From Alphaproteobacteria bacterium (lineage in GTDB: Bacteria > Pseudomonadota > Alphaproteobacteria > JAAXGF01): 64,000 nt of DNA. The notes under the pieces are model-generated. The model saw only the letters and a program-made list of their open reading frames with translations, was not told where the DNA came from and made no database searches. Position numbers and translations under genes: made by a program. The DNA is taken from positions 256,001 through 320,000 of the forward strand of contig CAUVXB020000002.1 of the NCBI GenBank assembly GCA_963555825.3, in the 5' to 3' direction. Positions 1 through 8,464 of this stretch are shown here, in pieces (within the stretch, counting starts at the first letter, position 1; each line of letters begins with the position of its first letter).

Positions 1-626
1 CGCGTCGTCGCGCGCGCGCCGAGATCGTCTCCATGCGCCGCCACCGCCGCGGCCAACGCCACCCTCGCGGCCTCGGTCTCGCCCAGGATCAAGCGCGCCT
101 CGGCGACGGTCGCCGCTCGGTAGTAGGCCTCGACGCCCGCCGCCCCGGGCAGCGCCTCGATCTCGGCGATCAAACGTGCCGCGATGTCCCCGGCAACGTC
201 GCGCTCGCCCGCGATGAGCCGCATGGTCGCCGTGTTGATGCCGGGAAAGTATGTCTTGGTGCGCTCATAGACTCGGCCATAGGCCTCGGCCGCGTCGTGC
301 GCACGCCGCGCCCGTTCATCGCCCTCGGCCAGCCAGACCAGATCCTTGCCGAGCCGAGCGCCGAGCGCCGCGATGTCCTCGTCGTCGTCTTGGTCAAGCC
401 CGTATTCGGCATAACGCGTCAACGCCGTCTCGGTCGCCCCCGAGCGCGCCAGCGCCATCACCGCGCGGTGCGCGAGCCATTTGTCGCCGGGATGCGCGTC
501 CAGCCCGCGCAACGCCGCGTCGTAGGCGCGCAGCATCATGCCCCGCGTCTCGAAACTGCGCACCAGCGCGCGCCAGTCGTCGAGGCTGGCAGGGGGTTGG
601 TCGGTGGCGGGCGGCGTGTCGGTCAT
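1..626 (-). CDS. TPR-S / MAP3K TRAF-binding-like (DUF4071-type) helical domain protein, 5' part only (runs off window start)
   Basis: Not in the ORF track because it has no stop in the window. Manual translation from ATG 626 (ATGA overlap with the WD40 stop) is open to base 1: MTDTPPA...AHRAVMALARSGATETA...EDIAALGARLGKDL...YFPGINTATMRLIAG...AYYRAATVAEARLILG. These motifs resemble DUF4071/TPR-S proteins. Confidence 0.7.
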   Translation of the reverse strand, partial: MTDTPPATDQPPASLDDWRALVRSFETRGMMLRAYDAALRGLDAHPGDKWLAHRAVMALARSGATETALTRYAEYGLDQDDDEDIAALGARLGKDLVWLAEGDERARRAHDAAEAYGRVYERTKTYFPGINTATMRLIAGERDVAGDIAARLIAEIEALPGAAGVEAYYRAATVAEARLILGETEAARVALAAAVAAHGDDLGARATT

Positions 627-2778
627 CGGCGCAGCTTTTCGCAATCGACGCCGGCCCTCGGCCGGGCGTCGGACGGCGGGTCGGGGTCGAGGAGGAATTG
701 CTCGCGCTGTTCCTTGGTGAGTTGCCGAGGGACGATGCAGCGCGCATAGTCGATCAGGGCTTGCGTGGTCGGAAAGTATGGCCAAAGTCGGGCCGTCTTG
801 TCCTCGGACGCAGTTACGATGCGGCTGCCATCGGGGCTGAAGGCGGCATAGATCACGCTATCAGTGTGGCCGTGTAGAAAAGCGATTTCTTCGCCATTTG
901 CTGAATCCCAAACGCGTGCGGTATTGTCCGCGGATGCCGTAACAATACGGTTGCCGTCTGGGCTGAAGTCAGCGTGCCCGACATCAAGCGTATGACCGCG
1001 TAGCACCCCAATCTCGGCGCCGCTGGCCACATCCCAAAGATTTACCTCGCCATGCCCCGAGGCAGTAACCACCAAATTTCCATTGGGACTGAAGGCTGCG
1101 TAGTTGACAAAGGCCTCGGATCCACGCAGGACGGCCATCTCCCCGCCGTTTTCCGTGTCCCAGATGCGCGCCGTGTTGTCCATGGCTGCAGTGACGACTC
1201 GGCGGCTATCGGGACTGAAGGCGACATGATTGATTCGTGTCTCATGGCCTCGGAGGATGGTCAGCTCATCGCCGCTCTCTGGGTCCCACAGCCGTGCGGT
1301 ACGGTCAAATGATGCGGTGGCGACGCGGCGGCCGTTGGGACTGAAGATAGCGTGGTAGATCGGACCCGTGTGGCCGCTTAGGACGGTAAGTTCGACGCCG
1401 CTCAACGCATCCCACAGGCGCGCCGTGCCATCCATTGACGCCGTAACGACGCGGTCTCCATGAGGGCCGAATTCGGCGTAGGTAAGCTTTGCCTGGTGGC
1501 CGACAAGGACGGCAATTTCGGTGCCGCTCGCTGCATCCCACAGCCGGGCCGTACCATCATTTGACGCGGTAACGATGCGGTCGCCGTCAGGGCTGAAAGC
1601 ACCATGGACGACGGTGTCATCATGACCTCGGAGGTTCCCAATTTCGGCGCCGTCGGCCACATCCCAAAGGCGCGTCGGCCCATCGACAGACGTGGTCAAA
1701 ACCCGCCTTCCGTCGGGGCTGAATGCGGCGGAAGAAACTTTGCTCGAATGACCCTGTAAGACAGTGACGCGAGCACCGCTCGTTCCATCCCACAGGCGGG
1801 CTGTCCCGTCGGCCGACCCGGTGACAATTCGATTTCCGCCGGGGTGGTACGCGGCGTATCCGACCGAATACTCATGACCACGAAAAACGGCGATTTCGGA
1901 ACCACTAGTCACATCCCACAGTCGCGCGGTGGCATCTCCCGAAGCAGTAATGACGAGTGACCCGTCAGGACTGAAGGTTGCGAAAAAGAGGTCCTGTTCA
2001 TGGCCACGGAGGACGAAAATTTCCGAGCCACTCTCCGCGTCCCACAGCCGCGCCGTGCTATCCAACGAAGCGGTGACAACCAGGCTTCCGTCATAGTTGA
2101 AGTCGGTGTGCCAAACCGGGCCCACGTGCCCGGCGAGGACGGCAAGCTCGGCACCGCTGGTGACGTCCCACAAGCGTGCTGTCCCGTCGAATGACGCAGT
2201 GACAACGCGGTTTCCTCTGGGGTCGAACGCCGCATACACAACTGCGCTCTCATGGCCGCGTAGGACAGCGATCTCGACTCCCCCCGCCGCATCCCAGAGC
2301 CGCGCCGTATCATCGTAGGACGCGGTCACGATGCGGCTGCCGTCGGGACTGAAGGCGGCGTGCGCGACTTTGTCCTCGTGACCGCGCAGCACGGCGATCT
2401 CGACCCCGTCCTTCGCATCCCAAATTCGGGACGTTGAATCCATCGACGCAGTGAGGACTCGGCGTCCATTGGGACTGAACTCAGCGTGGTTGACCGGTGC
2501 CTCGTGGCCGCTCAGAACAGTGATCTCCGTACCGCTTGCTGAGTCCCATATACGTGCCGTCCGGTCCCATGAACTGGTTATGACATAGTCGCCATCGGAG
2601 CTGAAAGCAGCGTCCAGAACGTCACCCTTATGACCGCGAAGGACAGCGATCTCGGCGCCAGTTGTCGCATCCCATAGACGTGCCGTTCCACCCCACGACC
2701 CGGTGACGATAGTGAGTCGGACCCGATTTCCTTGGACACAGAATTGGCTTAATCGAAGTGTCCAAGGAGGACCGGAAC

Positions 2779-3189
2779 ATGACCGACAATTTTGAGAACA
2801 AAGTTGCTGTTGATGGGCCTGTGGTAAACGAGGGCGAGCTTGGCTCGTCCACGTTTTCCCCGGGCCAGGTTTCGCCGGCAGGCCCGCTGGGACTTGGCCA
2901 GCGGTGGACGGTGACGCGCAAGCGTGAGGTTGCCCTGCGGCTTTTGCGTGGCGAGCCGGTGGAACTTTTGTCGCGGCAGTTGGGCGTGGAGATTTTCCGG
3001 CTCGAGCAGTGGCGTGAGAAGGCGATCGCCGGGATCGATGCCTCGCTCAAGGAACGCAAGGGCGATCCGGTGAAGGCGGAACTGGACATCGCCATGAAGC
3101 GGATCGGGGAGTTGATCATGCAGGTGGAACTGCTGGAGGCCAAGACGGAGACGTCCGGCCCTTTGGGGCGGCGGAGGTCGCGGCGATGA
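2779..3189 (+). CDS. IS OrfA (HTH transposase subunit)
   Basis: RWTVTRKREVALRLLRGEPVELLSRQLGV HTH followed by a coiled coil. RBS AAGGAGG upstream. ATGA overlap with OrfB. Confidence 0.8.
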   Translation: MTDNFENKVAVDGPVVNEGELGSSTFSPGQVSPAGPLGLGQRWTVTRKREVALRLLRGEPVELLSRQLGVEIFRLEQWREKAIAGIDASLKERKGDPVKAELDIAMKRIGELIMQVELLEAKTETSGPLGRRRSRR

Positions 3190-4097
3190 GTGCCGCCACC
3201 TCTCCCGGCACGGGTTTGGCCTACGGCCTCCAGCGGGTCTGTGCGGCCTGGGGTTTTGCCCGTTCCTCGTTCTACGCCATGAAATCCCGGCAGCAGGCCA
3301 CCGCTGAGCGCCCACCAGCAAAGCGCCGGGGACCGAAGCCCTCGATCTCGGACGAGGCTCTGCTGGTGGCCATCGAGGCCGACCTGGAGGCATCCCCCTG
3401 GGAGGGCGAGGGACACCGCAAGGTCTGGGCTCGGCTTCGGGTCTGTCGTGGCATCCGTGTTTCCCGCAAGCGGGGGCTCCGGGTGATGCGCGAGAACAAC
3501 CTGCTCTCGCCCCATCGCTGCCGCCGCCGTGGCGGAAATCCCCATGTCGGTGAGATCATCACCCATGCCCCCAACCTCATGTGGGGCACGGACGGCGTTC
3601 GGGTGTTCACGGTGGACGACGGCTGGGGCTGGATATTCACCGCCATCGAGCATTGGAACGCCGAGTGCGTCGGCTGGCATGTGTGCAAGCGAGGCGACCG
3701 CTTCGCCGCCCTTCAGCCGATCTCCATGGGGCTTGCGAGGCTGTATGCCTCGACCTCCGCCGGTGCGGCGCGGGGGCTGGCCTTGCGGATGGATCACGGC
3801 TCCCAGTATCTGTCGGACCACTTCACCAACCAGATCAAGTTCTGGGGCATCCAGCCGTCCTACGCCTTCGTCGAACAGCCCCAGACCAACGGCGTCGCCG
3901 AGAGGTTCAATCGCACGCTCAAGGAACAGATCATCCATGGCCGCATCTACCGCAACATCGCGGAGCTGCGGAACGCCGTCCGCGGGTTCGTCGAACAGTA
4001 CAATGCCCAGTGGATCGTGGAGAAGAACGGCTACCTGAGCCCCGCTCAAGCTCGTCAGGCGTGGCACACCGCGATGTCACTCAGGCCCGCCGCATGA
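3186..4097 (+). CDS. IS OrfB integrase-core (DDE) transposase
   Basis: WGTDG...RMDHGSQY...NGVAERFNRTLKE rve motifs. Confidence 0.9.
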   Translation: MSAATSPGTGLAYGLQRVCAAWGFARSSFYAMKSRQQATAERPPAKRRGPKPSISDEALLVAIEADLEASPWEGEGHRKVWARLRVCRGIRVSRKRGLRVMRENNLLSPHRCRRRGGNPHVGEIITHAPNLMWGTDGVRVFTVDDGWGWIFTAIEHWNAECVGWHVCKRGDRFAALQPISMGLARLYASTSAGAARGLALRMDHGSQYLSDHFTNQIKFWGIQPSYAFVEQPQTNGVAERFNRTLKEQIIHGRIYRNIAELRNAVRGFVEQYNAQWIVEKNGYLSPAQARQAWHTAMSLRPAA

Positions 4098-5092
4098 GAC
4101 AAACTTGTGTCCAAGGAACCGGGTGCGATACACCCGGTGACGATAGTGCGCCCGTCGGGACTAAACGCGACGCGCTCGACAGGCCCTTGGTGTCCTCGCA
4201 ATATCGTCAACTCCCGATGCGAATACATGGCTCGGTAAAGAGCATTCTCGGCCCGAATAGCAAATGGACGGTCCGGATTTGTCATATCGTCTGGCAAAGC
4301 CTCCAAAGCAAGCAACAAGCCGTTGGTCGCGTTCCCCATCTCTGTCTGTCGGACCGAAAGTTCGGCCAGGCGCAAGCTCTCGGCGCGTGCCTTTTGCCAC
4401 GCCTCGTCCCGCGCCTGGCGCTCGCCGTGGAACCAGATGCCGCCGACGACGAGAAGCGCGGCGACGCTCGCGGCCGCCACCTGGACGCGGCGCCAGGCGC
4501 TGCGGCGCTTATCGCGCTGCTTGAGTTCGTCGAAGTCGACGCCGAGCAAGCCGGCGAGCAGCTTGAGGCGGGCGTCGGGCTTGGCGTCCTTGCCCGGGCG
4601 GGCGTCGGCGGCGATCGGTTCGGTGCGTTGGTCGGTGTAGGCGCCGTCTTCGTCGATTTGGAAGCGCAGCGCCGGGCAGAAGCACTCCTCGGCCTCGCGC
4701 CCATCCTTGTCCGAGGCGTTCGGCTCGCCGCCGACGATCAGGCACAGGATGCGGTTCTCGCGTCCCAACCGCTTGAACTGGAGGACCTCCTCGTTGACCC
4801 AGATCGATTTGGCCGCCGATGGCGAGCAGATGACGATCAGATAGCGCGACTGTTCCAGGGCATCGCGGATCGTTGCGCCGAGATCGGCCGAGGTCGGCAA
4901 TTCCTCGCGATCGCGAAAGATCGGGTAGGGGCGCTTCGGGACGACGCCGTCACGCGATGTCCGGCCGACCAAACGCTTGGGCGTCCGGTAGCGCTCAATC
5001 GCTTGGTGCAGCCACTTGCCCCAGCCGTCGTCGTCGTGGCTGTAGCTTATGAACGCCCAATATTTCGGATCACCGGTCATTGCTGATTGCCA

Positions 5093-5216
5093 TTAGAGCA
5101 TAATCCGACCGATCGGAATCGGTCGGAATATGCCAGCCCGCGACCGCGGGCCGATCGGCGAAAGCATGCGCGGCGATTGAGCGCAGGTCACTTTTACGCA
5201 GTTAAGGTGACCGTTT
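5093..5216 (+). repeat. Dispersed structured intergenic repeat, copy A
   Basis: 22-bp core GCGCGGCGATTGAGCGCAGGTC (5168-5189) is identical to the copies at 7080-7101 (reverse) and 38981-39002. Hairpins flank the core. Confidence 0.8.
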
Positions 5217-5421
5217 CATGCTTGAAACCACAGCCGAGAGCACCGAATAAGTTGCGCGGCGGCGGGGTGAAGATTCTTCTGGCGCGGCGCGAAAAATCTG
5301 CTATAGAGCGGGCGCCCGGACGTCGGCCCGAAAGCGGCCCGCGCCGGGCTTGTTATCAACGGCCCAAAATCAGCCGCGGGCGAGCGGATCGCCACGCGGG
5401 ACGGGCCTAAGGACACGGCGA

Positions 5422-6045
5422 ATGAACATGTTGAATAAATCGATTTCGCGGTCGATACCGGCCGCCCTGTTGGCCCTTGCGCTGGTCTTCGGCGGCCCCG
5501 CCGCGGCGAGCCCCGAGGGCGCGGCCAAGTTCGTCCAGCGGGTCGCCGATGATGTCATCGGCCTGGTCTCCGACACCTCGGTTGCGGCGGCGCGGCGCGA
5601 GCGAATGCTGGCCGATGAGTTCCAGGCCAGCTTCGACCTGGCGACCATCAGCCGCTACACCCTCGGCCGCTACTGGGACACCGCGACCGTTGCCGAGCGC
5701 GCCGAGTATCGGGCGCTGTTCGTCGATTATCTGGTGCGCAAATACGTCGGCCTGACGCGATTCGCCTATGGCGGCGAGCGGCTCGTGGTGACCGCGACGC
5801 AGGCCGCCGATGCGACGAACACCATGGTGACGAGCCGCATCGAGCGGTCCGAGGGCGACCCCGTCACGGTAGTCTGGCAGGTGCGCGACGCCGACGGAAC
5901 CTATCTCGCCATCGACGCGGTCGTCGAGGGCGTCAGCCTGGTGCGCGCGCTGCGCGAGGAGTTCACCTCGGTGGTGCGCAACAACGGCGGCGAGGTCGGC
6001 ACGCTGATCGCGATGATGCGCGACGTGCTCGACGAAACCGGCTGA
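5422..6045 (+). CDS. MlaC/Ttg2D-family periplasmic phospholipid-binding protein
   Basis: Signal peptide; FDLATISRYTLGRYW...YRALF...IDAVVEGVSLV...REEFTSVV motifs. Confidence 0.85.
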   Translation: MNMLNKSISRSIPAALLALALVFGGPAAASPEGAAKFVQRVADDVIGLVSDTSVAAARRERMLADEFQASFDLATISRYTLGRYWDTATVAERAEYRALFVDYLVRKYVGLTRFAYGGERLVVTATQAADATNTMVTSRIERSEGDPVTVVWQVRDADGTYLAIDAVVEGVSLVRALREEFTSVVRNNGGEVGTLIAMMRDVLDETG

Positions 6046-6074
6046 CGCCGCCAAACGGGTCCGGAGACAACGCC

Positions 6075-7046
6075 ATGGCCAAGCCCAAGGTCGTCGTCAC
6101 GCGCCGCTGGCCGATGCCGGTCGAGGCGCGCCTCGCCGAGCTGTTCAACACGACGCTCAACGCCGACGATCACCGCATGGGCACGGCCGAGCTGCAGGAC
6201 GCGATGCGCGCGGCGGATGCGCTGCTGCCCACCGTGACCGACCGAATCTCGGCCGAGGTGCTCGGCGCCAGCCCGCGCAAGGCGCGCATCATCGGCAGCT
6301 TCGGCGTCGGCTTCAACCACATCGACCTCGACGCCGCCAAGGCCGCCGGGCTGACCATCACCAACACGCCCGAGGTGCTGACCGATTGCACCGCCGACAT
6401 CGCCATGACGCTGCTGCTGATGATCGCCCGGCGTGCCGGCGAGGGCGAGCGGCTGGTGCGCGCCAAGGCGTGGCATGGCTGGGGCCCGACCCACATGATG
6501 GGCGCCAAGGTGGCCGGCAAGACGCTCGGCCTGATCGGGCTCGGGCGGATCGGCCGGGCGCTCGCCAAGCGGGCGCATTTCGGCTTCGACATGTCGATCC
6601 TGTTCTACGACCCCTTCCCGCCCCCTCAGGCCGAGATCGACGCCCTCGGCGCCGAACGATGCGACACCATCGAGGAGCTGCTGGCGCGCGCCGATTTCGT
6701 CTCGCTGCACTGTCCGGCGAGCGAGGAGACGCACCATTTGATGAACGCCGAGCGGCTCGCTCAGATGAAGCCCGGCGCCTATCTGGTGAATTCATCGCGC
6801 GGCGATGTGGTCGATGAGGCGGCGCTTGCCGAGGCACTCGCCGGCGGCGTCATCGCCGGCGCGGCGCTCGACGTCTTCGAGGCCGAGCCAAAGGTCACCG
6901 AGGCGCTGCTTTCGATGGACAACGTGGTGATGTTCCCGCATCTCGGCAGCGCCTCGCTCGAGACGCGCGTCGCCATGGGCATGCGCGTCATCGACAACGT
7001 CTCGGCGTTCTTCGCCGGCGAAACGCCGCCCGACAAGGTGGTCTAG
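6075..7046 (+). CDS. D-isomer-specific 2-hydroxyacid dehydrogenase (glyoxylate reductase / D-glycerate dehydrogenase type)
   Basis: GVGFNHID, NTPEVLT, GLIGLGRIG, VNSSRG, ALDVFEAEP, PHLGSA. Confidence 0.9.
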   Translation: MAKPKVVVTRRWPMPVEARLAELFNTTLNADDHRMGTAELQDAMRAADALLPTVTDRISAEVLGASPRKARIIGSFGVGFNHIDLDAAKAAGLTITNTPEVLTDCTADIAMTLLLMIARRAGEGERLVRAKAWHGWGPTHMMGAKVAGKTLGLIGLGRIGRALAKRAHFGFDMSILFYDPFPPPQAEIDALGAERCDTIEELLARADFVSLHCPASEETHHLMNAERLAQMKPGAYLVNSSRGDVVDEAALAEALAGGVIAGAALDVFEAEPKVTEALLSMDNVVMFPHLGSASLETRVAMGMRVIDNVSAFFAGETPPDKVV

Positions 7047-7049
7047 TTC

Positions 7050-7132
7050 AATTTCCGGTCATCTTTGCTACGCAAAGATGACCTGCGCTCAATCGCCGCG
7101 CTGGCTCTCGCCGAACGGTCGGCGGCGCGCCC
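7050..7132 (-). repeat. Dispersed structured intergenic repeat, copy B (between convergent genes)
   Basis: Perfect hairpin GGTCATCTTTGC-TAC-GCAAAGATGACC (7057-7083) plus the shared 22-bp core. Confidence 0.8.
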
Positions 7133-7164
7133 TCTTGTCCCATTAAGACTGGCGCGCGCTGGGT

Positions 7165-8136
7165 TCAGCCGGCGCCGGGCAAATGCGTCGGCAGCGCGTC
7201 GCGCAGCGGCCGGATGTAGTCAATTTCAACGCCGCAGCAGCCGCCGATCACCTGAACGCCGCCGGCGACGCAGGCCTTGGCCCACTCGACGAACTCGTCG
7301 GGCCCGTAGCGCGTCGGCACGCTCTCGTTGCGGTAGCGCGCCGTGTAGTCGCTGCGCTCGGCCTCGGGATAGACGCCGATCGGCCCCGGCCACTTCGCGC
7401 GCACGACGTCGAGCGCCGCGTCGGTCGCGTCGATTGGTGAATGGAAGACGTTGACCACCGAGCCGCCGAGCGCGACCACCTCGTCGAAGCCGTCGGCGAG
7501 CGTCAACTCGGAGGCGTAGCCGATCAACGGCGTCGTGCCGCCTTCCGCGAGGTGACATTTGAAGCCGACCCAGGTCGGCAGACCGGTGGCGACGCAGGCC
7601 TCGGTGACCCACTGGCGGTGCTGATGGCCGCCGGTCGATTCGGCGATCATCAGGTCGACGCCCGCGTCCGCGAGGATCTCGGCCTGCTCGCGCAGATTGG
7701 CCTTGGCCTGCGCCTCGGACGTCTCGGTGCGCCGCCGGTCGCTGCGCCACGACGATTCGGTGGCAACCTTCAGCCCGTAGTTCGAGACCGAGCCGCCGAT
7801 CAGCACCGGCCGGTCCTTGGCGCGGCGGTCGCGCGCCTCCTGCGCCAGCATCACGGCGCGCAGGTTCAACTCGGCGGTCAGCTCGGCCATACCGAGCGGC
7901 TCGAGATTGTGGCGCGCCGACGAGTAGGTGTTGACGGTAATCACGTCGACCCCGGCGTCGATATAGTTCTCGTGCATGCGCTTGACCGTATATGGGCTGG
8001 TGTGCAGCGCCGTCGCCGCCCAGGCGTGGCTGTTCATCGGCACGTCCATGGTCTGGAGCTGGGTGCCGATGGCGCCATCGAGGATGATCACTTCCTTGTT
8101 GTCGAGCCGTTGCTGAAGACCGTTGTATTCGCTCAT
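7165..8136 (-). CDS. Homocysteine S-methyltransferase family protein
   Basis: ILDGAIGTQL, H..YIDAGVDVITVNTY, VIGGCCG. Confidence 0.85.
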   Translation of the reverse strand: MSEYNGLQQRLDNKEVIILDGAIGTQLQTMDVPMNSHAWAATALHTSPYTVKRMHENYIDAGVDVITVNTYSSARHNLEPLGMAELTAELNLRAVMLAQEARDRRAKDRPVLIGGSVSNYGLKVATESSWRSDRRRTETSEAQAKANLREQAEILADAGVDLMIAESTGGHQHRQWVTEACVATGLPTWVGFKCHLAEGGTTPLIGYASELTLADGFDEVVALGGSVVNVFHSPIDATDAALDVVRAKWPGPIGVYPEAERSDYTARYRNESVPTRYGPDEFVEWAKACVAGGVQVIGGCCGVEIDYIRPLRDALPTHLPGAG

Positions 8137-8190
8137 GGTCGCCTCCGGTTGAAACTGCTAGCTCACCTTATGCGAGCCGCCGAATACGCG

Positions 8191-8464
8191 CCAGCCCGGC
8201 CTTCTCGCCATGGACAGGTGCGGCACGGCGGATATCGGACGACAGTCTAGGAAAAGCGTGCAGCGCGATGCTGTCGCATCGGGCAAGCGCTTTGACGCCG
8301 CCTGTCGTCCGAGATCCGCCGCCCTTAAGGGTCGCGCCGGGCGGGCCGCCCGCGGTGTCGAAGACCTTGACCGTAGCCCAGGCCACGCGCGGCGGCCTTC
8401 TCCTGGCGGATCGGCTCCACCCGACGCGATGACGCGCCTGTCCATAGTGAGAAGTCCGGGCTAG
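8191..8464. mobile_element. MITE-like element (about 274 bp) with 32-bp terminal inverted repeats
   Basis: 8191-8222 matches the reverse complement of 8433-8464 at 27/32. Internal stem 8226-8245/8302-8321 matches 19/20. No credible coding capacity. Confidence 0.75.

Larger units (their letters stand above)
2713..4132 (+). mobile_element. Insertion sequence, IS3/IS481-like (two ORFs, rve-type DDE), with 14-bp target duplication
   Basis: TG...CA ends with an imperfect inverted repeat (TGAGTCGGACCCGATTTCCTTGGACACA vs reverse complement TGTATCGCACCCGGTTCCTTGGACACA). Flanking direct repeat CCCGGTGACGATAG at 2699-2712 and 4133-4146. Confidence 0.92.
623..5080 (-). pseudogene. TIR_2-TM-WD40 repeat protein (about 1007 aa when restored), interrupted by an IS at 2713-4132
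   Basis: N-terminal TIR (AFISYSH...IFRDREEL...IVICSPSAAKSIWVNEE), hydrophobic helix VAAASVAALLVVGGIWF, then 16 GH...WD repeats. Joining 5080-4133 to 2698-623 gives one open frame of 1008 codons. Confidence 0.9.

Noticed and set aside
180-445. Apparent frameshifts in the gene at 1-626, which is absent from the ORF track
   Set aside because: Recounting the C runs at 188-191 and 437-441 shows the frame is open. The ORF is missing only because its stop lies outside the window.
623-2700. 126-bp periodicity as a CRISPR array or DGR-type repeat
   Set aside because: The repeats are degenerate protein-coding WD40 units. There are no identical repeat-spacer units, cas genes or reverse transcriptase.
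623-5080. NLR/STAND (Avs-like) call for the TIR-WD40 protein
   Set aside because: No Walker A or NACHT/NB-ARC domain between TIR and WD40; only a short hydrophobic helix.
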